Source: Haliotis rubra (Eukaryota). Taken from it: a DNA stretch of 64,000 bases. The notes under the pieces are model-generated. The model did no database searches and was not told where the DNA came from. It saw only the letters and a program-made list of their open reading frames with translations. Location of the stretch: positions 124,001 to 188,000 of the forward strand of contig NW_025767606.1 of assembly GCF_003918875.1 (NCBI RefSeq), in the 5' to 3' direction. Positions 1-12,300 of this stretch are shown piece after piece. The stretch's first letter is position 1; the number at the start of each line of letters is the position of its first letter. Made by a program: the position numbers and the translations under genes.

Positions 1-269
1 AGTTCCGTATTTTTTATACTTACGTGTTTTGCCAACCATTTATGAAGTATATCAAGCTTAAATACTGTCAAAGCTCAGGGTTTTGTTGAAACGTGTCAAC
101 ATTTCACGTTGTCTTGTTTTCAATGTGTTACAGTGGTGAAACTTTCTGTACATTTTTCTAACTCACGGACTGAGAAAACAAAACATTTTGGGATGACAGG
201 TAATTATAATTTTCAGAATCAATCATGGCGTTCATGTGTCTAGATCTAAAATGAAGGGGGTACACTCAC

Positions 270-425
270 TTTCAACATCAATAATGTTGATGAGAAACCC
301 CACTGCATTCCAGAAAGAATCAGAGATAAACTCTATGTACATGCTGTTGCTGCTGCTGAGGAAACTGCTCGGGGTCGCCCTTCTGCCGCAAAATGTGAAC
401 ATGGATCCATTTGATTTGTCTGGCC
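270..425 (-). CDS. gene B exon 4 (CUB1c)
   Basis: GPDKSNGSMFTFCGRRATPSSFLSSSNSMYIEFISDSFWNAVGFLINIIDVE, 156 nt, GTGAGT donor. Confidence 0.88.
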
Positions 426-3400
426 CTGGTGACAAAAATATCACAAACATTTTGACGACAGACGTCAGACACGTTTTCATGTTATTGCAGTTATTGATGA
501 ATTAATTTAATTAATTTTAACAATAGATAAAGACAATATACTGAAACATAACAATCCTTTATTATACACAAGAAAATCTAAAGCGCCCAATTCTCATAGT
601 TACAAGGTGGGTAAACACTTGGGCCTGAATTAGGACCATGACAATCCTTCCCACACGTAAGGGTCTAGTGCTCACAATTGGGAACAATGAGATAACGGAC
701 AACGACTATTGCTCATATTATGAACCTCTTGTTTCTTGGTATATGGGGAACTTGAAAGACTGCACCTGTATGTACTAAACCTATAGACACTGAGAATGGT
801 ATGGTTTGGGGCAAAATTGCACAGTGACTCTAGGAAATTATCTAAATTATCCCTCCTTGGACATAAAGTTATTGTTAAATGATGAACTATTTGGAAAGTA
901 AGTGTAAACATAAAGTGACTACATATATCAAACTTCTGAAGAACAAACATTACTTTTCAAAACATCAACCTAATCCTGTTGGATAGGAGCAAGTCTTCAA
1001 AGATCGCAATATGTATAGTATCATAAAGAAATATTGTGCAAATGTTTAATCTTACTTATGTTAAATAATTTAGAACATATAAGTAAACCATAATCTACCC
1101 ATTGGTGGAGGTGGAGAAATATTCCTTATGACCGAAAGAAAAAAACACATTTTGTAATTGGAAGGATCTGACGCAAGAGAAGAATTCCATTGTCCATCTT
1201 TAGAAATTATACACATATTTTACTGCAATCGATTCGATATATGTAAAACTAATTCACATTTCAATAATCCACGATGAGGTAACATTGAGAATTTTTTGTG
1301 TAAAAGTCATTGTTACCCTTGATAATATGTGTACATATCATGAAGGCTCGACGAGGATGTTTTATATATAGCCTACATCTATATGTATAGGTATTATGTT
1401 GTTTCGTACAACTCATGTAGGTGGTAGGGGCCTGAATGAAAATAACAATGCTATTCAGTTGGCATCGCAAGGGCTCAGGTTGAAACCATGTGTACTCTTG
1501 ACCAAAAAATTCAAATGATATACGTACCATTATAGAAGGACAGACTGTCATATGTGCAATTTTTGGACGAATGCAAGGAAAAGTATGCAATGTGAATGCC
1601 AACTCGACGATCTGGTGTCAATGTGTGTATCTTCCATCCGCATGTTAAGTTACTAGAATAAACGGTATTAAATCAATATTAACAATGTTTCCATAGTACC
1701 AAATCATGAAGAGCATTATGATTACAAAAATGACAGTCTAGATAAATAATAATTATGACTCAACATCATTGATCGATGTGAGTCATGTTACATCCCCGAA
1801 TACAGGGGTGTATATTCTTTCTCAACTATGGCATCAATGGAAGCATATGAATATACGTACGTTCATATACGTATGAATGTACCTAATTTCATCCAGCCAG
1901 CCTNNNNNNNNNNNNNNNNNNNNNNNNNNNNNNNNNNNNNNNNNNNNNNNNNNNNNNNNNNNNNNNNNNNNNNNNNNNNNNNNNNNNNNNNNNNNNNNNN
2001 NNNNNNNNNNNNNNNNNNNNNNNNNNNNNNNNNNNNNNNNNNNNNNNNNNNNNNNNNNNNNNNNNNNNNNNNNNNNNNNNNNNNNNNNNNNNNNNNNNNN
2101 NNNNNNNNNNNNNNNNNNNNNNNNNNNNNNNNNNNNNNNNNNNNNGTCTTCTTAATATACGTGGTTTAGTAAATACTTGCATCAACTGTGATAACACCAT
2201 AGATACCCGATAAATAATCACGCATTAACATATATATTTGCTCAAGAGAAAATATTCAAATAAGTTCATCATAAATCAAATATTATTTCTTGAAAAAGTA
2301 TTCATAGGCAACATTTTCATGATAAAATGGTTATAAGCTAAAGCAATGTGGCAAGATCCTTTACATAGTCAATTAAAAACTGATGCCTCGGCCCTCGTAT
2401 CTTGAGCATACCATGGCTCTACATAAGAATTTTCTAAGCACATGGTCTTATGTAATTGATCGTTCTGAAGTAAGCGTCCATTCTCACATTGCACTAGTGA
2501 GAAAACAAACATTTGATGCTTACGCGCCATAAGGTTTTGGATATCCTGGCGATGTTATGTTTACTGTGTCCCCGGTAAGTGTGATTTCCTGGAAACATCT
2601 GTCTGGAAAGATAATCAATGACACACACACATACATGAATTTGAAATTGTGTTTCGAAAAGAAAAAGGATGATATTATAGGAACCGTACAATTGACTCTT
2701 TTATGGCTTTTAGCAGTTGTTTGTTTAGATAGCGTCTGTATGTAACTATAGTTAGTTACCGTACAGTTAAAATCAAGTTCCTAGTCAGATATGTTTTTAT
2801 TCTAAATAAGTAATGTTGACCAGGTGGATAAAAATATACTATAAGTCATAATTTCAAATATCTAACAAATTGAATGCATCCTTCTCAACAGTCGATATGT
2901 CTATTGTTCAATCACGGATTTAACCCTCTAGGCTGGTTAATCACTGTCAGACTGAGGTGTCGTTTTAAACTGCACGTATTGTCAGCATCACGCCCCCACC
3001 CCAAGCACAATGCCAACTAACGTAATCCACACGAACCCCGAGAACAATGCCAAGTACTACAGAGTCGCATAACGTCATGTAAAAACCTTTATCCTGACGT
3101 CACATCTTAAGCATCCTTTTTTACACAGATTACCCTTAAGTATACAGATATGGATGCGTAAACATGAACAAATCAAGTTCTCGGTCAGATAAATACCTAA
3201 ATACAATTTCTAAAAGTTATTTATTTTCCAAATAATTAATGTTGAGACTTTGGGCCTAAAGTGTCCTTGGCATTCACTAATTTTTCATTCTTTCAGTTCT
3301 TATGCTCCCTGGGTTTTTACCAACTGGTGAACGCACAGGTAAATGATTTTTGACCTTGTTTAACTGTGAGCATTCAACGGATCCAGATATAACTTGAAAA

Positions 3401-3894
3401 GTAGGTTGCCGGGTCGTTTCACAGTTATTGATTCCCATGCACGTCTTAATAAGGAACCACTACTGAAAGGTATACGATCACTTTTACGCAGACAGATATA
3501 GTCAGTATTTAATTCTTAAGAACAACACATTTGATACAATCGGAGTCGGTCCATAGATTGTGCTGTCGAGACATACCTTTCTTATGATTATTGACATTGA
3601 TTTTAACACTATCTATATTTCAACACCGTAAATATATATAAACCTGTGTACTGCCCGTACGAATTATGTTTGTAAGTAAGCATGTTATGCGGATTGTACG
3701 AAGTTCGGATCATTTAATACAAGTCATTAAGAAGAATCAAGGAACAAGACACTGAATCAGATAAACGCCTATCCCAGCGTCGCGCAGTGTCAATATCTAC
3801 CTGTGGAAGCCTGATTGTTTTTACCTGTACTTGCAGCATGCAATGAAGACAGAGTTCCGAGAAATACGGCTATAGTTTTGTATATCCCCAACAT
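270..3894 (-). CDS. CUB-domain gene B, 5' part (signal peptide + CUB1); continues beyond left edge
   Basis: Four GT-AG exons in compatible phases: 3825-3894, 2524-2602, 1528-1652, 270-425. Joined translation MLGIYKTIAVFLGTLSSLHAAST-DRCFQEITLTGDTVNITSPGYPKPYG-NLTCGWKI...NCTYDSLSFYNG-PDKSNGSMFTFCGRR...FISDSFWNAVGF has the 4 Cys, SPGYP, CxW and GF motifs of a CUB domain. Confidence 0.88.
1528..1652 (-). CDS. gene B exon 3 (CUB1b)
   Basis: NLTCGWKIHTLTPDRRVGIHIAYFSLHSSKNCTYDSLSFYN, 125 nt, phase 2-1. Confidence 0.88.
1904..2145. other. assembly gap (N run)
   Basis: N run; further gaps at 6147-6304 and 37259-37391. Confidence 0.99.
2524..2602 (-). CDS. gene B exon 2 (CUB1a)
   Basis: ttccag acceptor, DRCFQEITLTGDTVNITSPGYPKPYG, GTAAGC donor, 79 nt, phase 1-2. 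Confidence 0.88.
3825..3894 (-). CDS. gene B exon 1, signal peptide
   Basis: ATG at 3894, MLGIYKTIAVFLGTLSSLHAAST, phase-1 GTAAAA donor; near-identical to gene A exon 1. Confidence 0.85.
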
Positions 3895-4943
3895 TTGTTA
3901 GAATCCCGGCTAAGCATACATCCAACAGACTCGGGTGGCCAGTGTAATGGCGAGATGTTCTTAGGCGGTGACGATATGAGGTCACGTTGTGAGATCAGCA
4001 GTACAGACTGCTTGTTTGCTTAGTATTGGTGGGCGTTTCAGCGATGCACAAGTATCTTGAGAACGGGAACGTTGTTCTATCGACGATTACAAGCATCACT
4101 CTGGCAGTGATACTTCGGTATCTCGAACTAATAGCTCGTACTAACGGTTGACGGTGTAATTTCATGGACCCGACATTACCGAAATGACATTTAGTTCACC
4201 GCACCTTATAGTTAACTATTTGTCCGCATTGTTTTCTGAATATTGCCTTGACTATTGCTTACATTTACAATGCTGTTCCTAGAGAATGTTTGTGCATCAA
4301 ATACATGTACCATCATGTCTACATCACCGAATGGCACAACTGATGTGTTCATGTTATTTTGTTCGCCGTCAAACAGTGATGGGAGCACGAACCTCACAAT
4401 TACCCTATGGCACAGTGCACAACTATAGCCACTCTCTGCACTCTCTAAGCACCACCCATTTTAGATATTCGTAGTAATATTTTATACAATTAACTATGTT
4501 TCTTTATTTTGGTATATTGTGTATAATATATGTATATTTTATGCTGTTATAGTCTCTCATAACTCTAAATGGAGTGGCTAATGTTTTATGTAATATATGT
4601 GCTTATTAATATGTTGTATGCTTTTAAAATGTACCAAATGAGGTGAGACTGTAATAAATAATTATCTATCTGCCTTAGGTTCACGCTACCTTTTCACATA
4701 ACTCTTTGCAAAAAAAGAAGTACAGCAATATATGGTCGGGTTGTCTTGGATGTTTTCTTAAAGGGCTGATTTGGAGTCACGTTTTACACTGAAGTCTGAT
4801 GCGCTTTGATTCGGGTTATGGGAGCCCTAGATACTCTACATAAGCCTGTCCACAATTGCATGGAACATGGTAGACTGTTCCCCCGTGGTGGTTGTTTCGG
4901 GCTGATACTTGTATGTATACTTCTCTATCTCATTCTGTTCATC

Positions 4944-4990
4944 ACTTGCTTGATAAAGGTGTTAGAACCAACACTGAAACGTCGCTCTCA
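4944..4990 (+). ncRNA. minimal type-I hammerhead-like motif (Penelope pLTR-type), U3-A8 variant
   Basis: TTGATAA-a-GGTGTT/AACACT stem II-GAAAC-GTC, followed by AATAAA. Related copies at 6433-6466 (+) and 34408-34441 (-). Confidence 0.55.
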
Positions 4991-5101
4991 CTGTAATAAA
5001 GAAGTTGTTCATCCTTGTATTGTTATTCTTCCTTACTGCCCCAGCTTCTAAATGCCATTCAAAGAAGTTATATTTCTGTGATATTTGTTTTTTTTTCTGT
5101 A

Positions 5102-5177
5102 TATGTGGAGGGGAGTTGACAGCAACACCTGAGGAAACAATCTTTCTATCACCTGGATTTCCCTACTGGCATGCAAA
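5102..5177 (+). pseudogene. orphan CUB pseudo-exon (paralog of gene C exon 5)
   Basis: CGGELTATPEETIFLSPGFPYWHA vs gene C CGGELTATPEETVFQSPGYPYEYV. GTAAGT donor kept, acceptor AG lost, no partner exons found. Confidence 0.8.
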
Positions 5178-6585
5178 GTAAGTACATCTAAGAATGTAAT
5201 AATTAGTGTTTCGCATTAGTGCTCATTGTTCATAAAATGCTATGAATACCCCGTTAAGTTAAAACATAACCTGAAAGTAAATGCTGGTGTGGTAGCCTAG
5301 TGGTTAAAGTGTATATTTGTTGCGTCGAAGACACAGTTCGATTCCCCTCATGGTTATTTTGATTGTAAATAGCACTGTAAGTGTTATTCTGGCGATAAAA
5401 GAACAACCCTGAATGTCAGGACACCATGTCAATACTAAAATGTTACAAGGAGTAAACAATAATGCTGGCCTTCCTCAACGATACCATGTAATTAAGAATT
5501 CGGGTAGAACCATTTAGGGAAGGATATTGTATTGTCACTATTTGACAGTGAACCACACATATATGCTTACTATATTGCACATATGTTACACTGGTCTCGG
5601 TTTCTGATGATTATGACTTTTGCGTGGCTTTCATAGTAATATGCATCAAATTGTTCGTGTATCGGCGTTGAGTCAAATTCTAAATACTTTTTAGAGGCTT
5701 ACCCATAATTATAAATCTTGGATCTACGAGTTTGTATCATGCAAGTCAAGACATTTCACGAGGTTTGAATAAGACGAAACAAAAATGTGATTGTAAATCA
5801 ATTACTGTGCAGCTGAAATTCTACCGCTGTCAAAATGCCCTACTTGGAAGTCTTGTTTCTGGGTCTCCCTGGTTGTGGGTGCAAAAACTCAACCACGATT
5901 GCGACATTTTCGCCTGGATGTTTGCCTGGTGTGGGAGATATCGTGGGTAGTTACCTCAACAAAGCAAGCACTCATTTCGCAACAGATTGAATACCAGGCT
6001 GAGACGCTCCTGTACAATGAAGAAGAAATACTTCAACAACGAAATCTTTCTTGCTCTACACAGCACGCAAGATGAACATATCGATGACAAAGTCCATAAA
6101 AGATACTACGGGTCCTTCCACCATTTGAACAATTGAAGTGTGTGTGNNNNNNNNNNNNNNNNNNNNNNNNNNNNNNNNNNNNNNNNNNNNNNNNNNNNNN
6201 NNNNNNNNNNNNNNNNNNNNNNNNNNNNNNNNNNNNNNNNNNNNNNNNNNNNNNNNNNNNNNNNNNNNNNNNNNNNNNNNNNNNNNNNNNNNNNNNNNNN
6301 NNNNTTGGCACTCTGTAGGAAGTCATGTTTTTTTTTATTTCTGGAACATAACGACCATGTAGTCCAACTTCAGCAGATATGAAGGAAAAGCAGGTTCTAT
6401 GGATAGTCAACTTCTTTATTGTGAAACAGCACTTGATAATGGTGTTAGTACCCACACTGAAACGTCGCACTCATTGCAATAGTTAACTATCCATAAACCT
6501 GATTTTCCTTCATCTTTACAACTTCTAAAATGCCTCTCAAATAATTTCAAGAGACATACAAGATTTGAGCAGTCCGACGTATATA

Positions 6586-7437
6586 TACTGGCCACATAAA
6601 GAAACTGTGCACACAGAAAATATAAGGATAGGCAGACAGCGTCTTTATGCATAAATAGAGGTGTGTACATAGCAAGTACTGGAGACAATCAAACGCTCAT
6701 GCAGGTGCCAGGCGACGTGACGTCATTGATGGTGGTCTATGGACTTGCAATGTGTTACAGCATGTGCAGCCTGTGCAGCAGCTCACGACATGTGAAATAC
6801 AGAAATTGCTGTCTCTGTCGAAAGCTTGATGTTTGGTCATTCAAACGTTCACAAATTCACATGAGAAGTCACATGCACATCATGCCAAGATTAACATCTG
6901 CTCAACGTCATGAAGCCATTGGAATGGTTCGAGCAGCATGAGCCAACAACAGGTGGCAGCACATTTCCAATGCCATCGTAACACGATATCTGCATTGGTC
7001 AGGCGTTAGGGAAACAGTAATGACGTCGCCGACCACCCACGTTCTGGGCGTCCCCGACTAACTACGCCAAGACAGGACAGATGGATTCGGGTGACTCATA
7101 TCAGACACAGGTTCCAGACGGCACTCATCACGCCCCAAACCATTGCCCAGTCCTTCATTTAGAACATTTGGTAGCCTTTATGCGTCGTCGATGCACTGCT
7201 GTGCTTCGCGCGCATTATGTTCATACCCGTTATTGACTTTGTGACTTCGACGTGTGACCCCCGACTCAATTTTGAACTTCTGACGTCATCGTTACGGATA
7301 TTGTTCATGTTCTTTTGACATGTTGTTGAGGCCCGATACTTCAGCTTATATAGTGTCTACATCATGTCGTCTTTTCTGTGTTGTATTCCAATTCTGAAGG
7401 AATTTTCTGTGTGCACAGTTTCTTTATGTGGCTAGTA
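6586..7437 (+). mobile_element. Tc1/mariner element, internally deleted
   Basis: ~35-bp TIRs (TACTGGCCACATAAAAGAAACTGTGCACACAGAAAA / TTTTCTGTGTGCACAGTTTCTTTATGTGGCTAGTA) with TA flanks. Disrupted transposase N-terminus from 6882 (MPRLTSAQRHEAIGM...RSGRPRLTTPRQDR) is joined to the C-terminus MRRRCTAV...HTRY; the DDE core is missing. Confidence 0.88.
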
Positions 7438-9055
7438 TATATTCGCTGTTCCACGCAAACATATAACATTTTGAATTCTCTTAAATTATACAGAATCTTG
7501 TTACCAGATGGATAAATGTTTCTGGTAACATAATTTCATCGGTTCAATTTCTTAAAAAGATCGTATCCCGTGGACGAAAGGGCTCCTCGTCATATATTGA
7601 CATTCAGTTTTCATGTTCACTGGAAAACCCGGTGTTCCTAAATGTGGAACCTTGCCTAACTCCAATAAGCCTTTGCAGTGTGCATTCAGCTTACCCAGAT
7701 ATGACATGAAACTTTGACTTGTTGTGTCTTTGTACCATTGTTTTACGTTGTCATGCTGGGGATGCATAAGCAAATTGCTCTCAAAGCTGATTCCATTGAA
7801 AAGTCCGTTATCGAATAAAATAGTCACGAAAGAATTATAAACACTCCAAAGAGACTGGATTCCACAGTATAATTCTATTATTTTCTTCACAAGTAATTTT
7901 AAATATATCGCCTTGGCAACCGAGTGTATCAATATCTGACACATGCACAATTACCTGTAGTGGCAGCATGCCATGGGATAGTTCATGCATATCACTGCAT
8001 ATCACGTGGTGACTAATCCGAAAGAACAACAAATAGTTCATCTTACTTAAAAGCTAAATCCTTTGTTTACATCAGTTAATTATTTTTTCTTGCTTACACA
8101 TATTACGTAACTGTATTGAGAATTGTGTATTTTCTATCTGCAATTCGTTGTACGAAGTTACATCCCTTGTATGCTTGTATATGTATATAGAACAAAAGAA
8201 ACGGAAACTGTGTACTTCAGTGATCGCTTTATTTACATGTTGTAGTTCAAACATATACTAAAACAGAAAAAATATATATGATAAAACAGAAAAATACCCT
8301 GTTGTAGCTGTTTTATGTTCATGAATTATTTCCAACCTGTTCCGAGTACAAAAGCATAATAAACTTCATATCAAAACATCCGGCTGTCTTTGAGGATTTG
8401 CTAAATGTACCACACAGACACGATTTCTGAATATTTATAATATTCATTTCTGCACAACGTTGAAGTACATTTAACAAAATCAAACAACTGTCTGTATATA
8501 CATTCATGTAAACTGAACTCGCAAAAAAACATCCTTTCATCCATTTCATTCATCATGAACAAAAATTATAAAAATATGAGAGAAAAATAACACAGATCAA
8601 AACTATCACATCATGCCGTATCCCGTCACCGATTATCTATTTTAAGATGCTTCGTCAAAAGATCAACGGCACAGACCGTGCTGCATCCTGTGGCAAAGAA
8701 CACCTTTTGAGTAACAACGCGATTCAAACTCTGACCCTACCAGTGTGATCTGAGGTATTTTGTTGATAGCATTGTTGTTGTTTTAATTATTCTTTTTAAG
8801 GACAAAAGTATAGTTTATTACACTACACATGGTATAAAACAAATGTTATCTCACAAGTGTATAGCTCCATTCTCTAAGGATAAGTACCCTATAGCTGTTG
8901 GCCACAGCACCCCTGCCCACCAGTTCCAGTCATTTGTCGTGACGTCTATAGGATTCTACTTCACACGGTCTAAAGGCCTAATTGGCCTGTTGTATTCATG
9001 ACAGAATAATGATATCAGGCATCTGATAATCGATGGCGGTTGTACACATGGAATT

Positions 9056-9354
9056 TCAATATTTGTCGGGCAATGCTTCCGCAATGACGTTCCCTGGGGA
9101 AGGAATGACAGCACCCTGAGTTGCCGGTGTGTAGGCAGGAGGTCCAGTGAAGGTTGTGGCGGGCATTGCGTTGGTGATCTGTGCTTGGCCAAAGTTGATC
9201 GCAGGTACCTGGCCTACAGTATATTGCACTGGGATGTTTGTGGCAGTGGTGCGTTGGCCGTGTTTGTAGATGCATATGCCGAATACACTTATTATGAGTA
9301 GCAACAGAAACACGCCACCAATCGTACCTCCAACAATGGCTCCAACATCAGTAT
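9056..9354 (-). CDS. gene A exon 11 (TM helix + cytoplasmic tail)
   Basis: DVGAIVGGTIGGVFLLLLIISVFGICIYKH...TGPPAYTPAT...DKY*; hydrophobic span followed by a PPxY motif. Confidence 0.9.
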
Positions 9355-12300
9355 CTGAATCAATAAAATATGATGGTGCACAAACATTAGGTGATACTCC
9401 ATAATGCATGGTAAAATTGAGGTACCAAGTCATCTTAGACACAAAGCTTGCTGTGACGTGTTATAATGTACAACCCATCCCTTGCAGTGATTGTTGGTTA
9501 GAATCTTAATACACAATCATCTTATGGTATACCTTTTAGTTTGGCCAACAACCATGGTTTCACAGTGGTGGTTCCCCACCGTTAAATATAGAGTTCCTGT
9601 CCATCGTAGTTTCATTTATGCAACAAAACGTAGATTTTTAGTTCATGAGGTTCTTCAGTTTTGTCCATGGTTTTCAAAGGTTACACATCTCCTGGAGGGT
9701 AGAGGTTCAAATGATCACATTGTAGATCCAAATTACATGTTCCCACAGACACTCACACGGATACATTGCATTTCTTCACTATTCATCACTATTTATGTTC
9801 TAACAAGTACAAAAGCAAGATTCAGGAAACTACTGACAAACAGACAAAACAATATTTAAGTTGCCTACATCTGACTCTGGACTGATCTGCCATTAAAAGT
9901 GAGACTTCAATGACTTGGCCACCTGTAAACCAATCTGAAAGCCCACCTGTTCTCAAAGACACACGCCTAGACCAAGCGGACATTGTTGATACCTTTGACA
10001 TGCATCCTATCAAAGCGCTTTAGAGCAGTTATACTGACTAGATTTTCGCGTTATATTTGTTCTTAGTTTATTATATGATTCCCTTGTTGTATCAGATAAT
10101 TTGTCTCAGTCTCTCTATCGAGTTTGCACAATTAACAGGCAGTGCCTGAAATATATTTAAACAATAACCAAGGAGTGACGGGGAATGACAGACTATCTTT
10201 CACGAGTTATATTGATCATACGTAATTTTCGAGCCTTGGCGAGAGTTTTCGGAATCAGTTTTCGATCTTAAAGAACCCGCGAAAATGAACGCAGCAGTTT
10301 CTCTATAAGGAAACCCGCTATGTGGGGAATTTCCATATCACTAAGCGTGTGATTGGCTGTGATTGCAACGTTCACCAAGAGGTGTAACCTCCCTAGAAGC
10401 TTGCAGGAAAAATGGTACCCTGTGCCCTCCTTCCCAAATGGGTAATGAATACATAAAATAAAAACATAAATATATATTCCCCATAACATTTCAACGAAAG
10501 TTGACGTGACAGTACAGATTCTTTCTGTATGTATGAATCCATGCTGAGTAAATCTCAGAGTTTGCTTCTAATTGTTTCAATATTTTCTTTTATGGCTTCA
10601 TTCTATGATTTAATTCATAGTTTCCTTTATTTGTAAAGCATAAATTGCCACCGGCCAGAAGATCATGTTTGTCAATCCTGTACTGCAAGGTAAGACACTG
10701 TTATGATAGCACTCTAGAGAATTACATTTGGAGCAGGATAATCACAGTTTTATTTTATTTGATATTTATTTTGAGTTAAAGCTCTCTACGAACGTCTCCT
10801 AACATTATGGACATGTGTCTACGAATCACCATCAAACAACGATCATACCGAGAGTTCGTGTAATGTTAGCGTATCCTGCTCAGTCGTGGCACCACTCACA
10901 AACCACATGCAAGTGAAACGTTCGCCCGAAACATAAGGGGAATACATGGCATCATTTTATGGTATATGTTCAAGAAAAATAACATATGCCTTGATATGTG
11001 TTCTTGAAATGAAGTGACTGTCATAATTGTGAAATGTCTACAGAAGAAGAGAAGTCATGTTGAATTCTGTGTGCAAATCAAGGAAGGGGACGCTATGGTG
11101 AGTTGAGGTGAAATTGGATTTAACGTCGTGCTTGAGAATATTTCGCTCATATGACGAAGTGCATGCGTGTGTATGTGTATGTGCGGCTGCTTGTACTAGC
11201 CCAGACTGAAGCTGGTTTTATAGTGCTACTCCACTGAGATACCATGCCGCAGTGAAGCATGAATACTGACTGACTGACTGAGTTTGGTTTTACGCCGCTT
11301 TTAGCAATATTCCAGCCATATCACGGCGGGGAACATCAGAAATGGGCTTCACTTATTTAACCCATGTGGGGATTCGAACCCGGGTCTTCGGCGTGACGAG
11401 CCAACGCTTTAACCACTAGACTACCCCACCGCCCGAAGCTCATGAAAATCCCAGTCAGACACATTATACTGACTCCGAGCCGACCAGTCCTTGTTGTACC
11501 AACTAATGCCAAGCGCCAGGCAGGGACCAACAAGTACCACATTTTAACGTCTTTTGTTATGACGCGGTCGGGGATCGAACCCGCGACCTTCCGCTCTCGC
11601 CAGGCTATGGACATAACATAAACATTCATGTTAACCCGGTCGTCCACTCGACGCAGCCACCATGTTCTCACACTGATGCATTTTATGTAATGGTCTATCT
11701 TAAAGACCATTCCACTGGATGACAACGAACATGGGGTATATAAATTGTATCTTAAGCTTGTGTGTTCACTTACCAGGTGAAGAATGTTTAGATTTATATT
11801 GGACGGTATACTCTATCTTGAACCCACGATCAACACCAGATGAATCTGACTTGAATTTCAGGAACATAACAGAACCAGTACTGGTTGCGTTTGGTTTACT
11901 CTCTCCACACCAGCGACCGAGTGAAGGGGCATTCGAGTCCGACCCTTTAAGAGAACAAATGTCTTATATTTTCTACAAACCAATGAAGACACATATTTTA
12001 AATAATCCCTAACTCGCACCGGAGACCTGTACTGCAGTCAATAAGGTCATAACCTCAGGACTGGGCAATAGTGGTGCAGACACTATATACATAGACTTGT
12101 AGAATGTATACACACCACTTGCTATTGCACGCGCACGTTGCAAGACAAAGAATACGGAGAACCTATTCACGAATTCACATCAACCATCATATGCTAGTAA
12201 GACGATGGACATACATATCATGGAAATAAAACACGTGTCCCAGAAATTGTTTCAGAAATTATACAAAAATCAATTATTGTCGAAAAACAGCATCGAACAG

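Noticed and set aside
1828-2221. ORFs spanning X runs (also 6033-6470 and 37042-37528)
   Set aside because: Artefacts of assembly gaps.
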